Shown here one piece after another: positions 55,959 to 64,000 of a stretch of 64,000 bases of DNA. The stretch is from an uncultured delta proteobacterium (GTDB taxonomy: Bacteria > Myxococcota > Myxococcia > Myxococcales > Anaeromyxobacteraceae). Each line of letters starts with the position of its first letter. Position 1 is the first letter of the stretch. Location: NCBI GenBank assembly GCA_963828255.1, contig CAWHDZ010000011.1:32001-96000 (forward strand), in the 5' to 3' direction. Both the position numbers and the translations under genes were made by a program. The notes below the pieces were generated by a model. That model made no database searches. It was given only the letters and a program-made list of their open reading frames with translations, and was not told the DNA's origin.

Positions 55959-56262
55959 CTGGCTACGTCAATCAGGCCACCCCGCCTGCCCGGTGGACGG
56001 CCTCCTGCTCTGGGCTGACTTTCGCCGTGCAGAGGCACCGCCCGCCGCGCTCGGGGCGTGGCGCCCGAGATGCCCCCACTCCGGGCGCCGGCCTCTGCGC
56101 TCTCCTCGTCGCCTGCGTCACATGGCCATGCGGCGCGCCGAGGGACGGCCCTGATCTGGATCACGCCGACACTCTCAGTGACTGGGAATCGTGGGACGGG
56201 ATTCTCTGCCACATATCGGTACTCTTCCGGTGAAGCGGGGTCCGTGTCCGAGGGGGCACCAC

Positions 56263-56502
56263 ATGTCGATCACATCCTGGGTTGGGTCCGTGTGGAGCCT
56301 GCGCGGAGTTGAAGGGCCGGTCATCGGCCAGGTGCGCGCCGTCGAGGGCGACGTTCTCACGCTGGCCGTCGTCGGGCTGGGCGGCGAGCCGCCGGAGGGC
56401 GTAGAGGTCCTCCCGTACCGGTCTGGTTACGGTCGGCTGGCTCGCATCTCGTCGGACGTGCTGCTCGGGACTTGGAAGCGCATGGGCGGCGCCCCGGCCT
56501 GA
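56263..56502 (+). CDS. Small hypothetical protein (79 aa, beta-rich)
   Basis: GAGGGGG RBS, ATG 56263, good GC3. Confidence 0.6.
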   Translation: MSITSWVGSVWSLRGVEGPVIGQVRAVEGDVLTLAVVGLGGEPPEGVEVLPYRSGYGRLARISSDVLLGTWKRMGGAPA

Positions 56503-56826
56503 TTCCTGGTTGGCCTGACGCAACGCCGGCCGTCCTAGCACTCGCTAGGTGCTGCCCTCGACACCGGGGCCTTAACTGGAGTGAACGGTGCTCCCCCTGA
56601 CACCGACGCCGAGGTGCCAGAAGGCAACGGGCGCTCGCCCTCGGGCCAGGTCTTCGACTAGTGCGGCGGACTGGCCGCACAGGTAGCAAACTCTGCCATC
56701 CTCGGCCCTCTGGGTACGTACGGACAGGTGTGTGACTGTGTGTGCGGCACTCATCCCTGAGCCGGGCGACAGTCGTCCATGGTCTTCGACCCGGCGTCGA
56801 TCCCGACTTAACTACGGGTTGAGGGG

Positions 56827-57048
56827 ATGAGCATGCTCACAAAACTGGTGTACCAGGTTGGAACGCACACGCTCGAAGTGACTGCGGGGCACAACCGGTG
56901 GGTGGCAGCTGTCGATGGCGTCATCATCGACCGGTGGTTCACGTCTCTTGCGGACGCCTGGACCGCTGGTGTGACCGAGGCGATCGGACTCGATAAGGGC
57001 GCGGCATGCTCATTCGTGGCCGGCGCGGACGCGGGCCAGCAACACTAG
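56827..57048 (+). CDS. Small hypothetical protein (73 aa)
   Basis: GAGGGG RBS; YQVGTHTLEV..RWVAAVDG..RWF...DAWTAGV reads like a compact domain. Confidence 0.6.
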   Translation: MSMLTKLVYQVGTHTLEVTAGHNRWVAAVDGVIIDRWFTSLADAWTAGVTEAIGLDKGAACSFVAGADAGQQH

Positions 57049-57086
57049 GCGGCAGAGGGCTGGCTCCGCACCACCAGGCGGGCCGC

Positions 57087-57284
57087 GTGACCCCTCGCCC
57101 CCTCACCGGCAAGCCCGTGGGGCGCCCCGCCGGGCCACGCCGGGCCGTCCTGACCGTCCGCATCCGGCCTGACCAGGCGAAGGCCCTCCGGCGCCTGGCG
57201 CGCGACCGGGCGAAGGCCACCGGCGGCCCCCTCGACGTGTCGGCCGTGCTCCGCGAGCTGCTCGACCGGGCACTCGCCGCCTGA
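57087..57284 (+). CDS. Ribbon-helix-helix (CopG/Arc-like) DNA-binding protein
   Basis: GRP motif, beta strand VLTVRI, helix QAKALRRLA, helix VSAVLRELLDRAL. Confidence 0.6.
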   Translation: MTPRPLTGKPVGRPAGPRRAVLTVRIRPDQAKALRRLARDRAKATGGPLDVSAVLRELLDRALAA

Positions 57285-57305
57285 GTGGTCCCAGGAGTGG
57301 TCCCA
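57283..57305. repeat. Tandem direct repeat GAGTGGTCCCA (possible integrase arm-type site)
   Basis: Two exact 11-mers at 57283-93 and 57295-305, just beyond the tRNA-Val terminator. Confidence 0.6.
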
Positions 57306-57330
57306 TCGAATTCAGCCCGTTTCGGGCAAG

Positions 57331-57366
57331 AAAAAGGGCGGCTCCGTTTCGTTCGGAACCGCCCTT
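57331..57366 (-). terminator. Intrinsic terminator after tRNA-Val
   Basis: AAGGGCGGTTCCG...CGGAGCCGCCC TTTTT on the minus strand. Confidence 0.85.
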
Positions 57367-57384
57367 ATTCATTGTCTTTCCTGC

Positions 57385-57459
57385 TGGTGGGCGCTGAAGG
57401 TTTCGAACCTTCGACCCCTGCCGTGTGAAGGCAGTGCTCTACCGCTGAGCTAAGCGCCC
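57385..57459 (-). tRNA. tRNA-Val (anticodon CAC)
   Basis: GGGCGCT acceptor stem, CTGCC-TTCACAC-GGCAG anticodon arm, GGTTCGAAACC T arm, CCA. Confidence 0.97.
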
Positions 57460-57481
57460 GATCCTGTCAAAACGGCCGCGG

Positions 57482-57510
57482 AGTATGCCGGGGGCACCCC
57501 ACCCTGTCAA
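57482..57510 (-). promoter_or_regulatory. Sigma-70 promoter of tRNA-Val
   Basis: TTGACA-N17-CATACT on the minus strand. Confidence 0.75.
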
Positions 57511-57800
57511 CGCTTCCGCTCCGCGTCCACCTGCTTCGCCAGGTCCCTCAGCTTCCGCTTCAGCCGGGCCATGCTCTTCGCCACCTCGTCGTAGTCCCCC
57601 TTGGTGGGAAGGCCGGCGGCGCGCATCACCATCCCCTGGACCTCCTCGAGCTGCCGCTTGCCCTTCTGCGCCGCTCCCACGGCCGCGGCGAGGACCTCCT
57701 GCCCCCGCGGATCGTCCAGGACCACCCTGGCCGCCCGGGCGGCCGCGGCCACGCCCTGCTCGACCAGGACCTCGGGAATGCCCTTCCGCCTCTCGCTCAT
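57507..57800 (-). CDS. Small coiled-coil PhaE/phasin-like protein (StkC-like)
   Basis: GLPTKGDYDEVAKSMARLKRKL motif; third gene after Hsp70 and SCP2. Confidence 0.7.
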   Translation of the reverse strand: MSERRKGIPEVLVEQGVAAAARAARVVLDDPRGQEVLAAAVGAAQKGKRQLEEVQGMVMRAAGLPTKGDYDEVAKSMARLKRKLRDLAKQVDAERKR

Positions 57801-58225
57801 CGGCTCACCTCGTCGGGGAATTCCGTGGGCACCTTCCGCAGCGCCTCGTCCACGATGTACCGGTAGCCGGCCCGCCGCACCAGCCCCTCCAGGTCCCCCT
57901 TCACCTTCACCCGCCCCGAGAGCGCCGCCTGGACCGGGTCGGCCCGGCCGTTCAGGAGGTCCTTCCAGAGCGCGAGCGGCGCCCGGACGACGTAGGCCGG
58001 TTCCAGTTCCAGCACGTCGTCCTCGTCCGGGAGGATCCGCCACTCCACGATGCGCCCGCCCTCCTGCCGCCCCCAGGCGGCGGTCCCGTGGGGGAAGTGG
58101 CGCCCGTCCCGCTCCACGACGGCGGCCAGATCCGCACCCAGCCCGGCCAGGGCCAGGCCCAGGTCGGCGTGGGCGTTCACCTCGCGCACCACCGCGTCGA
58201 GCCAGGCCTGGGACGCGAAGTGCAC
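57797..58225 (-). CDS. SCP2 sterol-carrier-like protein (StkB-like)
   Basis: F.SQAW..., WKDLLNGRADPVQAALSGRVKVKGDL. Confidence 0.8.
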   Translation of the reverse strand: MHFASQAWLDAVVREVNAHADLGLALAGLGADLAAVVERDGRHFPHGTAAWGRQEGGRIVEWRILPDEDDVLELEPAYVVRAPLALWKDLLNGRADPVQAALSGRVKVKGDLEGLVRRAGYRYIVDEALRKVPTEFPDEVSR

Positions 58226-58227
58226 CG

Positions 58228-59838
58228 TCAGCTCCGGGTGAGCCACCCGAAGAGCCCGCGCCGCTGCTCGCGCGGCGCGGCCCCGGCCGCGCCCGGCGGC
58301 GGCGTCTTCTGGGCGATGGCCCTGCGGATGGCCTCGGGGGTATCCCGGGTGGCGAAGGGGACCTCCACCATCCCCCGCTCCGGGTCGTCGAAGGTCACCC
58401 GCAGCAGGCACTCCTCGTCGAGCTTGAAGTCGATGCGACGGCCGGTGGCCGCGGCGGGGAGGCGCAACGAGCCCAGGAACTCGTCGTCCACGATCTGGTC
58501 GCTGTCGCCCTGGTAGATGTCGATCTCGATGGGCCGGCCCGGCTCGCGGGGGGGCGGCAGCCGGAAGCTGCGGGTGGCCGGGATGGTCTGGTTCTTCTCG
58601 AGCACCTTGCGCATCCGGTCGTTGGCGGCGGCGATGCCGATGGGCATGGAGAGCACGTCCACCAGGGTCACCGAGTCGATGCTGTCGAGCGAGTCGCCGA
58701 GCAGCGCCGCGCCCAGCGCCACGCACTCGTCGGGGTGGACCCCCTTGCGCGGCGGCTTGCCGAAGTGCTCGCGGATCCGCTGCTGCACGAGCGGCATCCG
58801 GCTCTGCCCTCCCACCAGGATGATCTCGTCGATCGAGCTCCGGGAGATCCCCTTCTGCGCCAGCACCTCGTCGCAGAGCTGGAAGCTCCGGTCCACGAGG
58901 TCGTGCGAGAACTCCTCGAGCTGCTGCCTCGAGATGGGGATGCGCAGGTCGAGCGGCTTGCCGCGCCGCTCCTCGATGAAGGGGAGATCGATCACGGTGT
59001 TGGGGATGAGGGAGAGGTCGATCTTGGCCGCCTCGGCCGCGCTCTTCACCCGCTGCAGCGCGATGGGGGACTGCGCGAGATCCACCTTGTGCTCCCGCCA
59101 GAACTGGTCGAGCACCCAGTCGATGATCCGGTTGTCGAAGTCCACGCCGCCCAGGAAGGTGTCGCCGCCGGTGGCCATCACCTCGAAGACGTTCTGCTGG
59201 ACCTGGAGCACCGAGATGTCGCAGGTCCCGCCGCCGAGGTCGTAGACCAGCACCCGCTGATCGAGCCCGCGGTTGAACCCGTAGGCGAGCGCGGCCGCGG
59301 TGGGCTCGTTGACGATGCGCTTCACCTCGAAGCCGGCCAGGCGCCCCGCCTCCTTCACGGCGTGGCGCTGGTTGTCGTTGTAGTAGGCCGGAACCGAGAT
59401 GATGGCCTGGGGCATGGGTCTTCCCAGGAACGCCTCGGCGATCTTCTTCACGTGGGCGAGGACCATCCCCGAGATCTCGGGCAGCCCGTACACCCGGTCG
59501 CCCAGCGAGACCGCCGCCTCCCCCTGCGGCCCCTCGACGATGTCGTACGAGTAGTACGACATCAGATCCTGGACCACGCGCGAGTTGAACTTGCGGCCGA
59601 TGAGCCGCTTGGCCCCGTAGATGGTGTTGCGGGGGTTGGTGAGGAGCTGGTCCTTGGCGGCTCCGCCCACGAGGAAGTCGCCCCGGCTCCCCAGCGCGAC
59701 GACGCTCGGCAGGATGAGGCTGCCCTTGTCGGTCGGCACGACCCGCGGGATGCGGTTCCGCACGTGGGCCACGCAGGTGTTGGTGGTCCCGAGGTCTATG
59801 CCGAGGATGGGCTTGTCCCGGCTCAGGGAGGGAGGCAT
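58228..59838 (-). CDS. Short Hsp70/DnaK-like protein (StkA-like)
   Basis: GIDLGTTN, VPAYY, NEPTAAALAYG, DLGGGT.D, LVGGQSRMP; no helical lid. Confidence 0.9.
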   Translation of the reverse strand: MPPSLSRDKPILGIDLGTTNTCVAHVRNRIPRVVPTDKGSLILPSVVALGSRGDFLVGGAAKDQLLTNPRNTIYGAKRLIGRKFNSRVVQDLMSYYSYDIVEGPQGEAAVSLGDRVYGLPEISGMVLAHVKKIAEAFLGRPMPQAIISVPAYYNDNQRHAVKEAGRLAGFEVKRIVNEPTAAALAYGFNRGLDQRVLVYDLGGGTCDISVLQVQQNVFEVMATGGDTFLGGVDFDNRIIDWVLDQFWREHKVDLAQSPIALQRVKSAAEAAKIDLSLIPNTVIDLPFIEERRGKPLDLRIPISRQQLEEFSHDLVDRSFQLCDEVLAQKGISRSSIDEIILVGGQSRMPLVQQRIREHFGKPPRKGVHPDECVALGAALLGDSLDSIDSVTLVDVLSMPIGIAAANDRMRKVLEKNQTIPATRSFRLPPPREPGRPIEIDIYQGDSDQIVDDEFLGSLRLPAAATGRRIDFKLDEECLLRVTFDDPERGMVEVPFATRDTPEAIRRAIAQKTPPPGAAGAAPREQRRGLFGWLTRS

Positions 59839-59876
59839 CTCCCCGAAAGGTAGCACGGTCCTGGGCCGGGAAACTT

Positions 59877-62000
59877 CTAGAACGGAACGTCATCCCCGTC
59901 GGCGTCCCCCGCCGGCGCCGCCCCGAACAGGCGCGGCATGGCCATGGCGGGGAGCACGGAACTGGCCTCCTGCCCCGGGCCGAGCGCCGGCAGCCCGCGC
60001 CCGTCGTCGAGCTGCCACCGTTCGTAGACGGCCGGATCGCCGGGGAGCTCCTCGACGAACCGCGAGGCCTTGAGGACCACCCGCTCCCGGTCGCGCGGCG
60101 CGGCCACGAGCGGGTGGCACAGCGTGAGCTCGTCCCTGGCCCGGGTGCAGGCCACGTAGAAGAGGCGTCGTTCCTCCTCCTCGCCCTCCGGATCGCGGAG
60201 CGCCTGGGCGCTCGGGAAGCGGCCGTCGGCGAGCCAGACCACGAACACCGCGCGCCACTCGAGCCCCTTGGCCTGGTGGACGCTGGAGAGCACCATCTTC
60301 TCGTCGGGCTCCTCCCCCTCGGCCACCGTCTCGGCGGTGAGCTCGGTGAGGAGCGCGATCTCGGCGAGGAAGGTCTCGCCGTCCTCGTAGCCGCGGGCGT
60401 AGTCGGCGAGCTGCCGGATGTCCTCGATGCGCGAGTCGGCGTTGGGGTAGGCGGTGCGCAGGTGCTCCTCGTAGCCCCCCTCGAGGACCCGGTCGATCGA
60501 CTCTCCCGGCAGGTCCCGCGTGGGGGCGCGGGTGAGCACCCGCAGGAGCTCCGCCGCCCGCCGGTAGCCCTCCCGCGCCTTGGGAGGTACGTGGCTCGCC
60601 ACGTCGGGCGAGGAGAGCTCGTCGACCGAGCCGGCCCCGCCGCGCCGCCGTGCGGCGAGGGCGTTCCAGACGGCGTCGGCGGTCATGCTGCCGATGCCCG
60701 GGAAGAGCTTCAGCACGCGCTTCAGCGCCAGCTCGTCCCCGGGATTGTGCGCGAAGCGAAGGTGGGCCAGCACGTCCTTGATGTGGGCCGCCTCGAAGAA
60801 GCGGACGCCGCTCCGCACCACGAAGGGGATGCCGCGACGCGCCAGCTCGAACTGGACCTCCATGGAGTGGTGGTGCGCCCGGTAGAGGACGGCGATCTCC
60901 TTGAGGGGGAAGCCCTCGTCGCGGAGCTCGAGCACCCGCTGGGCCACGAAGGCGGCCTGCTGCTCCACGTCGCGGCAGGGCACGAGCCCGGGCAAGGACC
61001 CCGCCGGGCGGACGCTGCGCAGCTCCTTCTTGAACTGCTTGAAGTTGTTCTCGATGGAGGCGTTGGCCAGGTGGAGGATCTCCGGCGTGGACCGGTAGTT
61101 CACCGTGAGGTGAAAGCGGCGCGCGTCCGGGTAGCGCTTCTCGAACTCGAGGATGTTGGCGAAGTGGGCGCCCCGGAACGAGTAGATGCTCTGGGCGTCG
61201 TCGCCGACCACGCAGAGGTTGCGGTGGTGCGAGGCGAGGAGGTCCACCACGTCGCCCTGCAGCCGGTTGGTGTCCTGGTACTCGTCCACGAGCACCTGCT
61301 GGAAGCGCTCGGCGAGGAGGCGGCGGACCCCCTCGTGCTCCACCAGGAGGACCTTCCAGTTGAGCAGGAGGTCGTCGAAGTCCATGGCGTTCATGCCGTG
61401 CTTGCGCTCGGCGTAGCGGCGCGCCACGCGCAGGACGTCATCGACCAGGGGGGCGAACTGCGGGCGCCGGTCGAGGAGCACGTCGGCGAGAGGCGTCTGG
61501 GTGTTCACCGCCATGGAGACGAGGTCGATGAGGACGTCGGCCTTGGGGAAGCGGCGCGCCCCCACCGCGAGCCCGCAGTCGGCGATGGAGGCGGCCATCA
61601 CGTCGCGGCCGTCCTCGCGGTCGAGGATGGAGTAGCCCTTCTCGTAGCTCAGCAGCCCAGCGTGCTCGCGAAGGACCCGGTGGGCGACGTGGTGGAATGT
61701 GCCGCCCCAGATGCGCCGGGTGTCGATCTGCGCCACCTCCTCCACGCGGCGGAGCATCTCGTGCGCGGCCTTGTTGGTGAAGGTGAGGAGCAGCAGCGAC
61801 TCGGGGGCGAGGTGGCCGTGGAGGAGCCGGGCCACGCGCCAGGTGAGCGTGCGGGTCTTGCCCGAGCCGGCGCCGGCGATGACCAGCAGCGGACCGTCGG
61901 GCGCCTCGATGACCGCCCTCTGCTCGTCGTTGAGCTGGTCGCCGGAGTCGAACGGGCGGGGCGCGCCGGCGGCTGGTCGCAGCTGGTAGCGGCGCGTCAT
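59877..62000 (-). CDS. UvrD/PcrA-family SF1 DNA helicase
   Basis: AGAGSGKT, TFTNKAA, DEYQDTN, VGDDAQSIYSFRGA, NYRS, HQAKGLEW, EERRLFYVACTRA. Confidence 0.95.
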   Translation of the reverse strand: MTRRYQLRPAAGAPRPFDSGDQLNDEQRAVIEAPDGPLLVIAGAGSGKTRTLTWRVARLLHGHLAPESLLLLTFTNKAAHEMLRRVEEVAQIDTRRIWGGTFHHVAHRVLREHAGLLSYEKGYSILDREDGRDVMAASIADCGLAVGARRFPKADVLIDLVSMAVNTQTPLADVLLDRRPQFAPLVDDVLRVARRYAERKHGMNAMDFDDLLLNWKVLLVEHEGVRRLLAERFQQVLVDEYQDTNRLQGDVVDLLASHHRNLCVVGDDAQSIYSFRGAHFANILEFEKRYPDARRFHLTVNYRSTPEILHLANASIENNFKQFKKELRSVRPAGSLPGLVPCRDVEQQAAFVAQRVLELRDEGFPLKEIAVLYRAHHHSMEVQFELARRGIPFVVRSGVRFFEAAHIKDVLAHLRFAHNPGDELALKRVLKLFPGIGSMTADAVWNALAARRRGGAGSVDELSSPDVASHVPPKAREGYRRAAELLRVLTRAPTRDLPGESIDRVLEGGYEEHLRTAYPNADSRIEDIRQLADYARGYEDGETFLAEIALLTELTAETVAEGEEPDEKMVLSSVHQAKGLEWRAVFVVWLADGRFPSAQALRDPEGEEEERRLFYVACTRARDELTLCHPLVAAPRDRERVVLKASRFVEELPGDPAVYERWQLDDGRGLPALGPGQEASSVLPAMAMPRLFGAAPAGDADGDDVPF

Positions 62001-62087
62001 CGAGCGCCGGAACGTAGCACCGTGGTCCGACAGATCCGATATCGCGCTCCGGCGCGCGAACTGGACGGGGGGGGCCGCGCGGATAGC

Positions 62088-62738
62088 ATGACCGGCATGG
62101 CGGCATCACGCGCGTTCCTCCTCCTGGCCCTGGCGATCGGCAACGTCGCCTGCGCGTCGGGCAAGGCGAGCGCGACCCGCCGACCCCTGCCCCCGCCCGC
62201 CGGTGATGGCCGGGCCGGCGTCCGCGGAGCAAGCGGCGCCGGCCCGGCTCTCGCTCTGAAGCCGGACGTCCGGCGCGCCGTGGACACCGCCCAGTCGCTC
62301 GTCGGCAGCCGCGACGTGGTGGTGGACGGGCGCAACTACGGCGCCGGATGCACCGCGCTGGTCCGCGCCGCCTTCGACCACGCCGGCAAGCCCCTCCCCG
62401 CCGAGGCCCGGACCGCGGGCGCGCTGCTCGACGTGGCCAGGGAACGGGGCGCCATGCGCACCGGGATCCGCTGCTCCCCCGGCGACGTGGTCTTCCTGGC
62501 CGATCGGCCGGGAGGTACCGCGGCCCATGTGGGGCTCGTGACCGTGGTGGAACCGGACGGGACGGCGGTCGTCGTACACCGGCTCGCGCGCGGCGTGGCC
62601 CGGATGCGGGTGAACCTGGGCTATCCGGGAAGGGCCACCGACCCTTCCACCGGCAAGCGGCTCAACGACACGCTTCAGGTCGGGAAGAGCACCACGCCGG
62701 CGGGCAGCCTGGTCGTCGGCGTCGCGACCCTGCTCTGA
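62088..62738 (+). CDS. NlpC/P60-CHAP-like lipoprotein (cell-wall peptidase)
   Basis: Lipobox NVAC, catalytic-like GCTALV, PGDVVF, HVGLV, VVH. Confidence 0.75.
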   Translation: MTGMAASRAFLLLALAIGNVACASGKASATRRPLPPPAGDGRAGVRGASGAGPALALKPDVRRAVDTAQSLVGSRDVVVDGRNYGAGCTALVRAAFDHAGKPLPAEARTAGALLDVARERGAMRTGIRCSPGDVVFLADRPGGTAAHVGLVTVVEPDGTAVVVHRLARGVARMRVNLGYPGRATDPSTGKRLNDTLQVGKSTTPAGSLVVGVATLL

Positions 62739-63163
62739 GCGGCGTACCAGCCTGCGGCGAGCGCCAGGGCTGCGAGGACCGCCGCGAGCAGCACCCAGGG
62801 CCAGCGCGATCGCTTCTCGCCACGCGCCGCCGGTGCGGGCCTCTGGCGCAGCGCCGAGGTCGCTGGATGCACCGGGGAACCCACCCTTGGCGGAGCGGGC
62901 TCCGGTGGCTTCACGCCGGCGATGTTCGCCGTCTGCTCCTCCACACCGGGCGCGGAGAAGCCGAAGAGGGCCGTCTTCTCGTCACCGGCCGGCCGGACCT
63001 CGACCCTTCGCTCCTCCGCCTGCGAGACGGGGGCGCCGGGCGACGGGGGCGCCGCACGGAAGACGTGCTCGCAGCGGGTGCACTTCACGAGCGCCCCGTG
63101 GGGCGGGAGCCGCTTCTCGTCCAGTTCGTAGATGGTCGCGCAGCGTTCGCAGCGGATCCGCAC
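62675..63163 (-). CDS. MJ0042-type zinc-ribbon membrane protein
   Basis: CERC..Y......L...G..VKCTRC.HVF, Pro-rich linker, C-terminal TM. Confidence 0.8.
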   Translation of the reverse strand: MRIRCERCATIYELDEKRLPPHGALVKCTRCEHVFRAAPPSPGAPVSQAEERRVEVRPAGDEKTALFGFSAPGVEEQTANIAGVKPPEPAPPRVGSPVHPATSALRQRPAPAARGEKRSRWPWVLLAAVLAALALAAGWYAAQSRVATPTTRLPAGVVLFPT

Positions 63164-63209
63164 GGGTGCCCCCCTCGGTCCCACACTACCCCGAGCCATC
63201 GATCCACGG

Positions 63210-63605
63210 CTACGGCGACGTGACCGTGAGGAAGGGGCGCGCCTGCCTCATGCGGGCGGGGCCGATGCCCCGGACGCGGAGGAGCCCATCCGGACGGCCG
63301 AAGGGCCCCCGTTCCTCCCTGTCCCGGACCACCTCGCCGGCGAGACCAGGGCCGATGCCCGGCACGGCCGCGAGGTCGCCTGCGGTGGCCCGGTCGAGGT
63401 CCACGGCGCGGCCCAGGAGCACCAGCTCGAGGCCGGAAAGCGGACGGTCCGCGCCGGGATCGCCCCGGCAGCCGATCCAGTGGGCCGGGGGCGTTCCGCG
63501 ACCAGCCGGCTCGCAAGGCGGCGGTCCGGCGCCCGGAACACGCCGCAGGGCGGACGGTCCGAGGGATGCGAGGAGAAGCGCGGCGAGGGCCATCCGTCGA
63601 GGCAC
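63210..63605 (-). CDS. comEA: ComEA-like helix-hairpin-helix DNA-binding protein
   Basis: [30 protein letters not shown]. Confidence 0.85.
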   Translation of the reverse strand: MPRRMALAALLLASLGPSALRRVPGAGPPPCEPAGRGTPPAHWIGCRGDPGADRPLSGLELVLLGRAVDLDRATAGDLAAVPGIGPGLAGEVVRDREERGPFGRPDGLLRVRGIGPARMRQARPFLTVTSP

Positions 63606-63692
63606 GGCGGCCCTGGGAGCAAGGCGCGCGCCATCCTGGCCGGGGTGGGAATCGGTAGGGAAACGTGCGATTCATTTTCGCCGGAGGTGGTC

Positions 63693-64000
63693 ATGGCGAG
63701 GGTCGTCCTGGACGGGGAGAGCCTGGCGCTCGAGCAGATCGAGCAGGTTGCGCGAGGCGGCGCCCGGGTCGAGCTCGCCTCCGTCGCGCGGGACCGCGTG
63801 CGCGCGGCGCGCGCGCTCGTCGAGGCCCGTCTCGACGACGGGGAGGCCCACTACGGGATCAACACCGGCTTCGGGACGCTGGCCGAGGTCCGGATCGCCC
63901 GCGGAGATCTGGAGAAGCTCCAGCGCAACCTGGTCCTCTCCCACGCTGCGGGCGTCGGGGCCCCCCTCTCCCTCGCGGAGGCCCGTGCCCTCGTCCTGCT
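63693..64000 (+). CDS. hutH: Histidine ammonia-lyase, 3'-truncated by the window edge
   Basis: [36 protein letters not shown]. Confidence 0.9.
   Translation, partial: MARVVLDGESLALEQIEQVARGGARVELASVARDRVRAARALVEARLDDGEAHYGINTGFGTLAEVRIARGDLEKLQRNLVLSHAAGVGAPLSLAEARALVL

Noticed and set aside
56572..56754. 60-aa minus-strand ORF with a single CxxC
   Set aside because: No second Cys pair, weak RBS and codon bias; at most a decayed fragment.

Overview
High-GC (roughly 70-75% by eye) chromosomal window. Gene content and order point to an Anaeromyxobacter-like member of the Myxococcota (inference). Most of it is housekeeping: an ABC1/UbiB kinase, lexA, lon, mutL, tmk, thrC, recG, greA, carB, an aspartate aminotransferase, coaD, rsmD, a CDF transporter, gdhA, degP, a NUDIX hydrolase, pheA, a stkABC-like Hsp70 locus, a UvrD/PcrA helicase, comEA and hutH. 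It has two tRNAs (Thr-CGT, Val-CAC), each flanked by decayed integration-type DNA. The most interesting unexplained element is an ORF-free interval at 13.7-14.0 kb. It carries an AT-rich palindromic upstream region, a correctly spaced sigma-54 -24/-12 promoter and a two-hairpin RNA with a C-rich loop, so it is a candidate sigma-54-dependent sRNA. It lies about 1.3 kb downstream of the enhancer-binding protein gene of a Ser/Thr kinase-TPR-FHA/GAF EBP-lipoprotein operon. Other notable items: a coiled-coil protein with a C-terminal RelE-like domain paired with a metallophosphoesterase; an unannotated grpE remnant apparently made by an internal deletion; a chimeric Ig-repeat lipoprotein with a low-GC 3' half and a frameshift; and integrase relics at both tRNAs. 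All calls come from motif recognition by eye; no database searches were run.
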